Below the pieces are notes generated by a model that worked only from the letters and a program-made list of their open reading frames with translations, did no database searches and was not told the DNA's origin. The position numbers were made by a program, and so were the translations under genes. 64,000 nt of DNA from Takakia lepidozioides (lineage: Eukaryota > Plantae > Bryophyta), in assembly GCA_030704615.1 (NCBI GenBank), contig CM060732.1:63674001-63738000 (forward strand), in the 5' to 3' direction. Positions 25,380 through 40,551 of the stretch are shown piece after piece; the stretch's first letter is position 1, and the number at the start of each line of letters is the position of its first letter.

Positions 25380-26640
25380 TACCAGGCATCACCCATTCAC
25401 AATCTCCAAAGCCTCCTTGCCACTCAGTACATAAACAGAGTACACATAAGTTCCTTGCTTTGCATCCTCAATGCACCCACATTGGGCATACATGTCCACC
25501 AGGGCAGAGTTCAGAATGACATCTGGTACAATTCCAGCTTTGACAATGTCACCATAGACCTCTTTTGACCTTTTCCAGGGCTGCCAGGCTTGCACAAGCA
25601 TTGCAATCGCACAAAAACATGATGTGGTTGGGCTTCACCCTTCCCCCATAATTTGATCATAGGTCTCCAAATCCACCATCCCACGTCCCTGCTGTGCATA
25701 CCCTGCGATGCTTGTGAGTGTGCACCTGCTTTCCAGCTTCCAGACCTTTCTTGGCGTGAATCCACATCAGAGTTTGTTGGCACTAAGAAAGGGTTGAGAC
25801 TGAGCTGCTCAACTACTCCCTGGTCTTACTGGGTTTACATAGTGTGCCAAGCACAACATCTGGTGCCAAAACCTCCATCCAGTGCCCCTGCTGTGCAGAC
25901 CCTACAAAAATCAAGTTCCACGACACCACATCTCGTTCAGCCATACTGTTCCCTTCATACATGTCCACGAGGGTATTGTTCAGAATGACATGTGGTACAA
26001 TTGCAGCTCTGACAATGTCGCCATGGACCTCTTTGCCCTTCTCCAGAGCTGCCAGCTTGCACACGCATTGCCAACTATCAAAGGTTCACTCAACCAGTAA
26101 CTTGCAGAAATCAACATGAAAATTTAAGGACGATTTCGATAAGGGGGGAAAACAGGGTGAAATGTTTTGAAGAAGATGCCTTCATTAGCATTGCCTGATT
26201 TTGAATTGTGCCGCAGATGCTGAATCTGGACCCACCCTTTTCCCTTTTCCACGGCTGCTAGGCTTGCACAAGCATTGCCAATGCACACAAACGTGATGTG
26301 GTCAGGATGACATCTGGTACAATTCCAGCTTTGACGATGCAACCATGGACCTCTTTGCCCTATTCCAGAGTTGCTAGGCTTGCACACGCACTGCAAAACA
26401 CACAAACGTGATGTGGTCGGGCCTCACCCCCTTTGCACATCATTTGCTCATAGGTCTCCAAAGCCTCCATCCCGCGCCTCTGCTGTGCATACCCTGCAAG
26501 CATCGCGTTGGGCAATGTTCAGAATGACATCTGGTACAATTCCAGATTTGACGATGTCACCATGGGCCTCTTTCCCCTTTTCCAGGGCTGCCAGGCTTGC
26601 ACACGCACTGCAAATGCAAACAAATGTGCCTTTAGTTGAC
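25380..26640 (-). pseudogene. Scrambled PLS-class PPR fragments
   Basis: Repeated [30 protein letters not shown] / DMYAKCG remnants with many frameshifts and deletions. Confidence 0.9.
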
Positions 26641-26904
26641 CATCTACCCATGCAGATTTCTTGTAGCTATTGATCCACAGGGAATCATAGGTAATCTGGA
26701 GCTTGAAGTCCGGTCCCCTTGGATGAATCTGGACCCACATTCTATCCCTGCTCCTTCAACTATCCATGCCTCTGCACAAATCATGCATACATCCTTGCCT
26801 TGCTGCTAGCAGCTGACAATGACAGCCTGTGACAGGCTCAATAAACTTTGGAATAGAGCTCCAAAGCCTCCATCCCGCCCCTGCTGTGCATACCCCTGCA
26901 AGCA

Positions 26905-28290
26905 TTGCAATAATTTCTCGTGCAACAATTTTGGATATCAACTTGGTGCCAGTGTGGCAGTCCCCACATATACATAGGTTTTTAATGATGCGGATAGGGG
27001 TCCTAGGGGTGTGCTAATGAGCCCAAAAGCTATGGCCAGCTTTTCGCGTGGTGGTAAAGAGCCTGTTCCTTCATCTGCTGATCCACATCACGCAACACAA
27101 AGCGTGTCTCAGGCACATATCCCGCCTCCTTAATCTGCCAAGTCAATCTCTCTAACGCATCATAGATCTCCTCTGCTTGTGGGTGAGATCTATCTCCAAT
27201 GGCAAATGTATCCATCTTGTGATTCCACCTTGAAAACATTCTGCAGCACACTCTGCTAACTCCACATTTCCATAGATTCTGCGGGCACCAAGCAAGGCCC
27301 CCCCACACTGAAGCACCTGGTTTGAGTGCCATGTTGCAATAAAATCTTCTTCATCCAAGCGCCCTGCATGGCCAAGGAGGTCAACCATGCAGGTGCAGTG
27401 CTTTTCTGTTGGTGTAATGCCATGCTCTTGACACATGGATTGAAAATAATGACCACCTTCATCTACAAGGCCCAAATGGCTGCATGCAGAGAGAACACCA
27501 ATAAATGTGACCTCATTTGGCTTCACACTAGTTTAAACAGTTGAGAGCCTCGTGACCACGCCCATGCTGAGTATATAATCATCGTAGTCCATGAGACCCA
27601 TCTGGTTTAAGAATTGTCAATCCCGTGCATCCTCTACACTCCCACATTTGCAATCAATGAGGGCATTCCTGACGTAGCATCTGACTCACACACAGATTTG
27701 ATAATGTAGGCATGGACCCACTTGCCCTGTTCCAGGGATGCTTCACACCCCTCTCTTTGCATTTGTCGAAAGAGTTTGAAAGCCTCCTCACCATGACCAC
27801 TATGTGCACATCCTCCAATCATCGCAGTCCATGAGACCACATCTCGCTTAGGCATTCTGGCAAACACATTGAGTGCATCCATCACACTCCTGCACTTGCA
27901 ATACATACTGACAAGGGCATTCCCGAGTCCAACATCTGACTCAAATTCAGCTTTGATGATGCTGGCAAGGAGCTGCTTGCCCCGTTCTAAAGCCTCCGGG
28001 CCAGCACAAGCGTTGAGGACAATAATAAAAGAGACAATATCTGCCTTCATGCCTTCTCTTTGCATGCGCTGAAAGAGTTAAAAAGACCATGACCATGCTG
28101 AGCAGATCCTGCAATCATAGCAGTCCACGAGAGCCCATCTCGCTTGGGCATTGCACGTCAAATACTCGGGTGGCATCCATCAAACTCTCACACCTGCAAT
28201 ACATGCTGACAAGGGCAGTCCCCACAGGGACATCCCCCTCAAGTCCAGCCTCAATGCACGCACCACATCACGTTCAGCAATACTGATGCA
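26905..28290 (-). pseudogene. PLS-E-DYW PPR pseudogene
   Basis: P2-L2-S2 (TFIGVLSACSHLGLVDEG, HCTCMVDLLG) plus DYW remnants DRSHPQAEEIY..GYVPETRFVL and KNLCICGDCHTGTKLISKIVAREI. Frameshifted. Confidence 0.9.
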
Positions 28291-29900
28291 CCCACATTTG
28301 ACATACATGTCCACCAGGGCAGTGTTCACAATGACATCGGGTACAATTCCAGATTTGATAATGTCACCCATGGACCTCTTTGCACTTTTCCAGGGCTGCC
28401 AGGCTTGCACACGCATTGCAAATGCAAACAAACGTCATGTAGTTGGGCTTCACCCCCTTCGCACATCATTTGCTCATAGGTCTCCAAAGCCTCCATCCCG
28501 TGCCCTTGCTGTGCATATCCTGCAATCATCGCACTCCACGACACCACATCTCATTCAGCCATATTGTCAAACACTCCCTTCATACATGTCCACGAGGGTA
28601 TTGTTCATAATGACATTTGGTACAACTGCAGCTCTGACCATGTCGCCATGGACCTCTTTGCCCTTTTCCAGAGCTGCCAGGCTTGCACACGCATTGCTAA
28701 TGCATAGAAACGTGATGTGGTTGGGTTTCACCCTTGCCCCATCATCTGATCAAGGTCTCCAAAGCCCCCATACCACGTCCCTGCTGTGGATACCCTGCAA
28801 GCATCGTCTTCAATGACACCACATCTCGTTCAGCCATAGTGTTGAAAACTCCCTTTGCATCCTTAATGCACCCACATTTGGCATACATGTCCACCATGGT
28901 AGTGTTCACAATGACATCTGGTACAATTCCAGCTTTGACGATGTCACCTTGCACCTCTTTGCCCTTTTCCAGGGCTGCCAGGCTTGCAAACGCACAGATG
29001 TGATGTGGTCGGGCTTCACCCCTTCCACCATCATTTGCTCATAGGTCTCCAAAGCCTCCGTCCCGCGCTCCTGCTGTGCATACCCTGCAAGCATCGCGGT
29101 CCACGACACCACATTTCATTCAGCATATTGTTGAACACTGCCTTCGCATCCTCAATGCTCCCACATTGGCATACATGTCCATGAGGGCATTGTTCAGAAT
29201 GACATCGGGTACAATTCCAGCCCTGACAATGTCGCCATGGGCCTCTTTGCCATTTTCCAGAGCTGCCAGGCTTGCGCATGCATTGCAAACACACACAAAC
29301 GTGATGTGGTTGGGCTTCACCCCTTCCCCCATCATTTGTTCATAGGTCTCCAAAGCCTCCACCCCACGTCCCTGCTGTGCATACCCTGCAAGCATCACGC
29401 TCCATGACACCACACCACATCTCGTTCAGCCTGCATATTGTTGAACTTTCAAAACTGCCTTTGCATCCTTAATGCACCCACATTTGGCATACATGTCCAC
29501 CAGGGCAGTGTTTCAGAATGACATCTGGTAGAATTCCAGCTTTGACGATGTCATCATGGACCTCTTTGCCCTTTTCCAGGGCTCCCAGGCTTGCACACGC
29601 ATTGCAAACGCAAAGGAACGTGATATGGTTGGGCTTCACCCCTTCCCCCATCATTTGCTCATAGGTCTCCAAAGCCTCCCTGCTGTGCATACCCTGCAAG
29701 CATCGCGCTCCACGACACCACATCTTGTTCAGCCTGCATATTGTTGAAAACTGCCTTTGCATCCTTAATGCACCCACATTTGGCATACATGTCCACAGGG
29801 CAGTGTTCAGAATGACATCTAGTACAATTCCAGCTTTGACGATCTCATCATGGACCTCTTTCCCCTTTTCCAGGGCTCCCAGGTTTGCACACGCAAGGCT
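28290..29900 (-). pseudogene. Tandem PLS PPR triplet array, frameshifted
   Basis: About five near-identical ~300-bp P-L-S units. Confidence 0.9.
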
Positions 29901-30139
29901 GCCCTTCACTCATCCATGTCACAAACCGGAAATGAGTTCAGGTTTTATGCCTAACTGTTGTTCGGACATTCTGCACTCTTCCAACATGGCCTTGGACACG
30001 TCAGCTTCCAAGTCAACTTCCAAGTCAACTTCATCTTAGCAGGGTCAGTTCCTCTTGCCTAATATCCAGGTACTTGAAATCTCCTCTTCCCGTTCTCCAG
30101 GACTTCACTTGTTGGACTGGATGTTGGCAGATCCACTAC

Positions 30140-32620
30140 CTTCGTCTCCAGACACAAAACCAATGGCCAGCTTCTCACTGTGGTGGCAAAAAAAAAATTC
30201 CTTTTCCTCCTCCCCCACATCATGCAATACAAACACGTGTCAGGCAGGCACATACCCCGCCTCCTTTCATCTGCCGAGACTCAGCTCAGCATGGATTTCC
30301 TTAATTCTGGGATGTCATCTACAACGAAGGTGTGCACCTATTGCCAACCTCAATGTAGCAGCGACCTGGCTCCTTTCTAACCCCTCTAACCTTCATCATT
30401 CTTCTCACCTTTGCAGTATTATCCCACCTACCAGCTGCAGCATAGATGTTTGATAGCAACACATAAGTCGCGGCATCCTAGTGTTCATCCCATTTGAGGA
30501 TAGATGTTGCCGCACGTTCAGCCATCTCCACATTGCCATGGATTCTGCAGGCACGAAGCAAGGCCTTCCACACCACAACGTCTGGATTGATTGGCATCTT
30601 ATTAATCAGATCCACTACCTCATCCAGTTGTCCCGCACGTCCAAGAAGGTCCACCATACAGCCAAAGTGCTTTACTGTCGGAGTGACACCATGATCTTGA
30701 TTTCCTTCTTCATTCAGTAGGCCAGAGTGGCTGCATGCAGAGAGAACACATATAAAGGTGATACTGTCCGGCTTCAAGCCATTCTTTTACATTCCCTCAA
30801 ATAGTTGCAGGACCTCCCTATGACACCATGCTGGGCATATCCTGCGAACATCGCGTTCGACGACACCACATTTCGTTCAGCCATATTGTCGAACACTCCC
30901 TTCGCATCCTCAATGCACCCACATTTGGCATACATGTCCACTAGGGCAGTGTACAATTCCAGCTTTGACGATGTCACCATGGACCTCTTTTCCCTTTTCC
31001 AGGGCTGCCAGGCTTGCACAGGCATTACAAACGGAAACAAACGTGATGCGGTCGGGCTTCACCCCTTCCCCCATCATTTGCTCATAGGTCTCCAAAGCCT
31101 CCATCCCGCGCCCTTGCTGTGCATACCCTGCAATCATCGCACTCCACGACACCAAATCTCGTTCAGCCATACTGTCAAACACTCCCTCCGCATCCTCGAT
31201 GCACCCACATTTTGCATACATGCCCACGAGGATATCGTTCAGAATCACATCTGGTACAATTCCAGCTTTTGCGATACAACCATGCACTCTTTGCCCTTTT
31301 CCAGGGCTGCCAGGCTTGCAAATGCATAGATGTGATGTGGTCGGGCTTCACCCCTTCCACCATCATCTGCTCACACGTCTCCAAAGCCTCCATCCCACGC
31401 CCCTGCTGTGTATGCCCTGCAAGCATCGCGTTCCATGACACCACATTTCATTCAGCCATATTGTTGAACACTGCCTTCGCATCCTCGATGCTCCCACATT
31501 TGGCATACATATCCGCGAGGGCATTGTTCAGAATGACATCGGGTACAATTCCAGCTCTGACGATGTCGCCGTGGGCCTCTTTGCCCTTTTCCAGAGCTCC
31601 CAGGCTTTGCACACGCATTGCAAACGCACACAAACGTGATGTGGTTGGGCTTCACCCCTTCCCCCATCATTTGTTCATAGGTCTCCAAAACCTCCACCCC
31701 ACGTCCCTGCTGTGCATACCCTGCAAGCATCGCGCTCCACACCACATCTCGTTCAGCCTGCATATTGTTGAAAACTGCCTTTGCATCCTTAATGCACCCA
31801 CATTTGGCATACATGTCCACCAAGGCAGTGTTCAGAATGACATCTGGTACAATTCCAGCTTTGACGAGGTCATCATGGACCTCTTTCCCCTTTTCTAGGG
31901 CTCCCAGGCTTGCATACGCATTGCAAATGCAACCGAACGTGATGTGGTTGGGCTTCACCCCTTCGCGCATCATTTGCTCATATGCCTGTACCTCTGTTTA
32001 CCAACTTTGAAAGTCTCGAGGCTGAGCCAAACGCCCAGGCCCTTTTGGGGCCTAGTTATTGGGCAAACCACACACAGCAGGTTGATGCTTGTAAAGGGAT
32101 TTCTAGAGGATATCTGGAAAACCCGGATCAATTGTTTAAACTGGGCGCGGAGTCAATGGCCACAAGGCTACGGCAAACAACGTCTTACGAATTCAAGGTC
32201 AGATGGTTGGGTCAGCTGCAATGTAGGACTAAAAACACATACCCTAAGTTAATCGACTCTATCTTGGAAGCAGGATTGCCCTGTCAAACAGGTTAAGTCC
32301 TGGCGGAAGAAGCGGTTTTCAAGGATCTGATTCTGAGTCCGCAAACACAAACGAACGTGATGTGGATGGGCTTCACCCCTCGTGTGCACCTGCTTTCCAG
32401 CTTCAAGGCCTTTCATCTTGATGCACTTATGCAAGAGACAGACATACGTATCTGAATCTGCTGAAATTCCTCCTTGGTTTAAAGTTTGTAGAGCCTCTTT
32501 CAGTCTGCTTGCCTCACAAAGCATCTTCACATGCCCAGAAGTGCCAGAAGAGGCATTGTGGACTCCCTCTCTTGATCCTCTTTCAGAAGTTGTGGTAACG
32601 GTATATGCCCATAAATTTGA
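30140..32620 (-). pseudogene. Near full-length PLS-E-DYW PPR pseudogene, paralog of the 43503 gene
   Basis: N-terminal SSGTSGHVKMLCEASRLKEAL, PLS repeats, E1/E2 and an HSEKLAI remnant. Interrupted by a LINE fragment and frameshifts. Confidence 0.9.
31982..32200 (+). mobile_element. LINE 3'-end fragment (same family as 10.1-11.3 kb) inserted in a PPR pseudogene
   Basis: PVPLFTNFESLEAEPNAQALLGPSYWANHTQQVDACK plus the shared 3'UTR gtcaatggccacaaggctacggcaaacaacgtctta. Confidence 0.8.
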
Positions 32621-33299
32621 GCATAGTAATATATGTGCAACACCCGTTGTCAGGAGCTGATGAATCGATGGGGTGTGATGGCAGCTTGTCACTGAATGTT
32701 AAGACTGCACTCTTTATGTTGCGCTAGTTAGTTGACCATTTCCCCATGCAGGTTTCTGTAGCTATTGATCCACAGGGAATCATAGGTCATCTAGAGCTTG
32801 AAGTCCGGCCCTGTTGGATGAGTCTGGACCCACACTCTATCCCTGCTCCTTCAGCTATCCATGCTATGTACAAATCATGCATACATCCTTGCTTTGCTGC
32901 TAGCAGCTGACAATGACAGCCTAGATTTGTTCTAGGAAACACCCAACTCAACTTATCACACTAGTTCCTATGCTCAATTGCATCTGCTACTCTCTGTAAT
33001 CCAACAGGCATTTACCTTTTTTGCCTCGATTGTCCCACCATTAACAGGGTTAGAAAAATATTCATTCCACAGCTTCTCGTCTTTGTTACCTGTTCTGGAT
33101 ACTTTCCTGTTGTCACATTGGCAGTATCATGTCAGTCACTCCAAACTATCAAAGTTTAGTCAACCAGCTAACTTGCAGAATTCAACATGAAAATTTAGGG
33201 CTGATTCTGATAACAGGCATCTCAGGCCTAGTCTGATGAGAGGCAAAAACAGGCTGAAATAGGTCGAAGAAGAGGGTACCGTCACCATATTGCGTGAAA

Positions 33300-33770
33300 C
33301 CCCTCCGCGCTCAAGGATGTCGGGTGGCTCAATTCTGGCTTTGATAATATCAGCATGGATCTTTTTGGCCTTTTCCAGGTCTGCTAGGCTGGCACATGCA
33401 TCGAGAACGGAAGTGAATGTGACTTTGTCCGGTACCCACCCTTCCCATATCATTTGCTCATAGGTCTCCAAGGCCTCCTGACCACACCCTTGCTGAGCAT
33501 ATCCTGCAATCATCGCACTCCATGAAACCACATCTCGTCCAGCCATATTGACGAAAACTCGACGGGCCTCCTTCATGCTCCCGCACTTGGCATAGATGGC
33601 AGCAAGGGCAGCCTCTAGAATAATATCTGGTGCAATTCCAGCTTTCAAAATGTCAGCTTGGACCTGTTTTCCCTTTTCCAGGGCACCTATGCTGGCACAC
33701 GCTGCTGAGAGCAGAAACGAACGTGACCGTGGTGGGCGTCACCCCTTCACGTACCATTGGTCAAAGGTTC
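33300..33770 (-). pseudogene. PLS PPR fragment (L-S-P-L)
   Basis: ORF 33160-33648: IYAKCGSMKEARRVF...[15 protein letters not shown]...TFTSVLDACASL. Confidence 0.85.
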
Positions 33771-33966
33771 CACATTCTGTGTGCTGCTTGTGTCTGTAGT
33801 CAGGTAATGCCAGATTGGTCTGTGAGAACCACCACGGTGCAGAAAGAGATTGAAACACGGCGTAAGACCAAGCTGACTCTTCCAAGAACCTTGTAAACGC
33901 GATCAAGGACGCGGGGGCATCATCTATCCGGGTTTTTTTCCCAGTTATTTTCGGGCAGACTGGGCA

Positions 33967-34040
33967 GGGCCCAAAGAAATTGATGACGTACGAAACGTGG
34001 CTACGACACGTGGCTACGACACGTGGCTACGACACGTGGC
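33967..34040. promoter_or_regulatory. 13-bp minisatellite of four ABRE/G-box cores next to a site II element
   Basis: ACGTGGC at 33995, 34008, 34021 and 34034 (unit acgtggctacgac); GGGCCCA at 33967. Confidence 0.6.
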
Positions 34041-34086
34041 GACGATGATGTGGCACTATGGCACCCTATTCCTGCTCTACGCTAAA

Positions 34087-34190
34087 CTAGCTCTCGACCT
34101 TCGGTCGTCGCTAGAATATAGAAATAAAACACACTAGGGCTTGGCATTCCTCCGCACTGTTATTGATGACTTCTGAGAACAACGTCCACG
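34087..34190 (-). mobile_element. Helitron-like 3' termini (hairpin + CTAG|T)
   Basis: Minus strand CGACCGAAGGTCG hairpin followed by AGAGCTAG|T at 34087; a degenerate copy of the 23955 terminus at 34134-34188. Confidence 0.45.
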
Positions 34191-34779
34191 TCGATGGGCT
34201 ATGTCACGTCGATGGGCTATGTCACGGTTTCATGAAGAAACTTTGTTGTTTTCTAGTTAATGCATATTTGTTCCAGCGTTCGTCATGTATTTTGTCTTTA
34301 ATTAAATCATTAAGAAAAAACATTCTTTCTGTATTATTTGAAGTGCATGCCCAAGTTGTTTTGATAAAAATCTTTGTCTTGATAAAATTTTATATTTGTT
34401 CTGCCACTTTCCAATTCCACTTATCTATCGAGCTGTGCAGAATTGGATGCCAACCTTAGGGCCGGGATATGTGGAAAGGAAGTTTCTGAGATTTGTAACT
34501 ATGTCAGCCTGAATATTACAAAACATTCTGGTCTACTATGGGCACTTGGTTGGATGTGGTAGCCACTGGTCTTGAATCTTGGGCCATGCAGCTTTACTAT
34601 ATGTTTTAATTAAGAGACAACTAAAATTGTTTAGCCGGAGAGCTCTTGTAGTCTCCTGCATCATGAGAGGCCTTCACTGCAGCCTCCCGCAATCTGCCAG
34701 CCTGGATCACCAGCTCCAAGTGTCAGCACAGCATTGGTACAATTCCATGTCCACAGCATTTTGTCGAACAGTTTCACTA

Positions 34780-36440
<1,661 letters not shown>

Positions 36441-36469
36441 GCCATTTTTCAAGCCCATGTGGTGAATTT

Positions 36470-38173
36470 GATTTGTGCTACCTCCACCTCGCCGTGAATT
36501 CTGCAAGAACCAGCAAATCCCCCCACACTGAAGCATCTAGTTTGATTGGCATTTTGTTAATGAGGTCCTCTGCCTTGTCCAATTCCCCTGCACGGCCAAG
36601 AAGGTCTACCATGCAGCCAAAATGTTCCATTGTAGGCATGCGATCATGTTCTTCAATGGAATCAAAGCAGCGGATGGCCTATCTACTAGGCCCACATGGC
36701 TGCATGCAGAGAGGATGGAAACAAAAGTGAGCAGACTAATGAATGTAACCTTGTCAGCCATCACTCAGTCCCTTTGCATTTGCTCATAGATTTTGAGGGC
36801 CTCTTCACCATGACCACATTGAGCATATCCTGCGACCATTGCACTCCATGACACCACTATCATGATTATCCATTTTGTCAAACACTTAACGTGCCTCTTG
36901 CACACTCCCACATTTAGCATACATATGGACTAGGGTAGTCTCCAAATTAATATATGACATAATTCCAGATTCCTTGATGTCAGCATGGATCTGCTTCCCT
37001 GTTTCCAGTGCTCTAAGCTAGCACAGGCATCGAGAATGGTAATATACGTGACTCTGTTAGGTATCACCCCTTCCTGTTCCATTTGCTCATAGATTTTGAG
37101 AGCCTCTTCGCCATGTCCAAGCTGAGCATACCCTGTGATCACGGCACTCCATGAGACCACATCGTGCTTAGACATTCTGTCAAACACTTCACGCGCATCC
37201 TTCACACTCCCGCAACTGGCATACATGTGGACAAGAGCGGTGTCTCTGTAACTAGGCTACTCGGTCACCACATATTTGAGCTTACACACAGTGGGAGAAC
37301 ACAAACCTATTGCTTCTTGACACGGATGGTGCCCCATCACACCCAACATCATCCACATGCCCTGCAATAGCACAATGACAACCGCAAAGAAGGAAGATAA
37401 ATGTCAATCCAAACTGCCATATTGGCTAGAAATTGTATGCAAAAAACAATGTAGATGAGTCTCTCTTGTGATGCATGCAATTTCAAGAAGATGTCGTTTG
37501 CAGTTGGCATGCAAGTGTCCACGAGAGGATTCAGGGTAGGAGTTGCACCTGCATACTCCTGGAGGAAATCCATTGTGGATGGTGACAAAGCAGCGTTCAG
37601 ATTCCACCATGCACGGTAAAAAAGGTCCACCATGCAGCCATAATGTTCCACAGTAGCATTGAGCCCATGATCTCGACTCATGGGATCAAAATAGTGCTGG
37701 CCTAGACCCCCCTGATTACATGCCAATAGAAGACATACAAAGGTGATACCATTCACCTTTTCTGTTGCATGTGTTCAAATACACGAAGAGCCTCCCTACC
37801 ATACCCATGCTGGATATCCGTGTCAATATCCTAGCTTTGATGATGGCACCATGGATCTATATGCCTTTTTCCAGGGCGGCAAGACGCGCGCACATATTGA
37901 GAATGCAAATCAACACAACTTTGTTGGGCTTGACACATTCCCTTATCATTTGCTCACATATGTCTATAGCCTCTTTATTATACCCATGCTGAGCATATCA
38001 TAACATTGCACTCCATGAGATAGCATCTTGTTGAGCCATATTGTCAAACACTTGACGCGAATCCTTTAGGCTGCTACACTTTGCATTCATGTCCACAAGG
38101 GCATTCTGGAGAATGAAATATGGTATAATCCCAGTTTTGATGATGTCAGCATGTACCTTTTTGCCATTTTCCA
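36470..38173 (-). pseudogene. PLS PPR pseudogene fragments
   Basis: [51 protein letters not shown] and EHYGCMVDLF. Truncated at 38173 by an LTR. Confidence 0.88.
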
Positions 38174-38493
38174 TGTTGGAAAATAGCTCCATAATCTGCA
38201 TCTTGACTTGTAGATAAAGTTAGAGACATTAAAAGTAACTCTGTATTTAGAGAGGCTTTTGTCTCTTAAGGTTAAAGCTAGTCCATTTTGGGACTACTTA
38301 ACGTATGTAATGAAAGTGGGTATAAAAGGCAAGTCTTAGTGATTGCTTTTAGCCTAGCTAGAACTATATAAGAAGCTCGGGGGTGAAGCCACATATCAGT
38401 TGTTCATGCTGTGTGTTTCTATGGTTGGTGGAGAGCTTCTATACAATCCTCATTTGTTGTTTTATCTACGTTTTTCAATATGGTATCAGAGCC
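38174..38493 (+). mobile_element. Ty1/Copia-type 5' LTR (38174-38480) with tRNA-iMet PBS
   Basis: TGTTGGAAAA...TTTTTCAATA imperfect inverted ends, TATAAAAGG at 38321, and TGGTATCAGAGC at 38481. Confidence 0.8.
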
Positions 38494-38812
38494 TAGTTGT
38501 TAGAAGGTGGCTGCAGTTTCATGCGAGATAGAGGAGGTGCTACGAGGTGCCAGCGAGGACGTGATCAAAGTGAGCTCCTAGTCAAAGCAATTTGGTCCAC
38601 GACCAGTGATCAGTAAAAGTCTGTGAGTTTGCTGATTGTCAAGATCCTCCTGTCAGCAGGCCTATGCTCACCTTGGATGACCTTGTTGCTACTGATGCAG
38701 CCCCTCTTCTCAACCTTTGATTTATTCGTGTGTTAGTATTATTCGATATTTGGTCAAATATTTATATTAATAAAGATAATATCCGACACGGACGGGTACA
38801 ATGAAAAATTAT

Positions 38813-39370
38813 GAGTGGTTAAAGACACCTCAGTGATGGGAAGTGGTTGAAACCATTTTCTACTCCACGTGTAATAATTCTTTTTTTTAGATTTTTATCT
38901 TTTCAAAATATATTATTCGACGTGGACGAGGATAATATACGTAGATCTGGAGTGGTTAAAGACCCCCCAGTGATTGGTACCACTGGCACAGTGGTGAATG
39001 TGAGTGGTTAAGACCCTTTTGTAACTGAACCACGTTTCAAGTGGGCACTTGTAAATGGTTACATACACGTGAGTGATTGGTGTGGTGGGTTGTGAGTGGT
39101 TGAAGACACCTGAGTGATGGGAGGTGATTGAAACCACTTGCTACTCCACGTGTAATAATTCAATTTTTATTTAAGATTTATTTTTTCAAAATATATTTTA
39201 ATTATGAACTATATTATTCCACGTGGGACAGTATACATAGATCTGGAGTGGTTAAAAACCCCATTGATTGGTACCACTTTGAGAGTGGTGTAGAGCGAGT
39301 GGTTACAGACCATTTAGTAACTGGAACCACTCGGCCAATGGTTACGTATGAGTGATTACATACACACCAA
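38813..39370. repeat. ~281-bp two-copy tandem repeat built of gagtggttaaagac subunits
   Basis: Units start at ~38813 and ~39094. Confidence 0.75.
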
Positions 39371-39613
39371 TGATTAGTATTACTTCTGTGGTGATACATG
39401 AAAAACTTTAGTGGTTTGTGTGTTGCCCAAAATCCATCCATCTATCGCTACATTCATCCATCCAGTCATGAGTAGAGGGGACTTAGCATTTTTTTTGTCT
39501 TCCCTACTGCTGTGGCATCTGTTTATTTTCTTTGTGTCGAGTTTGATCGTGAGAGACAAACATGACAGAGCTGTGTTTGTTTTCTTATAGTGTTGAGTTT
39601 GTTCATGAGAGAC

Positions 39614-39977
39614 GACGAGCGGAGCTGGTGGGATAGAGGCAGATAGGGACTCAAGGCCTAGAATTGGGGCATGAAGGTGTGCACGATGGTGGGACAACTG
39701 CGATCGCAAGGTGTGGTTTTTTCTCAATGTACAATGACGAGCGGAGCTGGTGGGATAGAGGGCAGACAGGGACTCAAGACCTAGAATCGGGGCATGAAGG
39801 CATGCACGATGGTGGGACAACCGCGATCGCAAGGTGTGGCTTTTCTCAATGTACAATGATGAGCGGAGCTGAAGGGATAGGGGGCAGACAGGGACTCAAG
39901 CCCTAGAATCGGGGCATGAAGGTCTGTACGATGGTGGGACAACTGCGATCGCAAGGTGTGGCTTTTTGTCAATGTAC
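39614..39977. repeat. 122-bp tandem repeat, 3 copies
   Basis: Units at 39614, 39736 and 39858 (gacgagcggagctg...gcgatcgcaaggtgtgg...caatgtac). Confidence 0.92.
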
Positions 39978-40551
39978 GACGTGAAGAAGTTTGTCCATCC
40001 TGCAAATGAGGGCTCTTGGCTCCTATTAGACGTACCATGATTTCGTATTCTTCTTGATGTTTACAAGGTTTTTGGGAGAGTCGGGTTGGTCTTAGCAGGT
40101 TATGTTTCAAGGTCGTGTTTCAATCTATGCTCGCTCAGCTGTAGTCGCCTTAAAATTTTCCCTGACATCCCTGTCTGGTGTGGACTATAAAGTCTGTGTT
40201 GTTGTGCCTTCGTCCTAACTGCACTCGTAGCACCAAAATACTTGGGATTTAGTTAAGTTGCCAGAAGTATCTTCCATTTCCTCTAGGTTTTTTGACAGTT
40301 CGGAGGGTCCAAGAATCCCGCAATACTAGATGGTTAGGGGAACACTGTTTTCCAAAAGATACAGTCTGGCAGCATAGGATGCAGTACCTCCTTCAGCCTT
40401 TCTACCATAGGGAATAATCTTGAACAACCTACCTTGGAGTATCCTAGCGATTACACCAGTAAGGAACTTAATGAGAAAAATTGTCGTTTATATAAGCAAG
40501 TGGAGCAGTCCACAGACCACCATCATGCCTGAATCGTCGTAAGCTCTCCTA

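Noticed and set aside
28151-31898. Long plus-strand ORFs (221, 174, 259 aa)
   Set aside because: Antisense shadows of PPR repeats with no independent coding signal.
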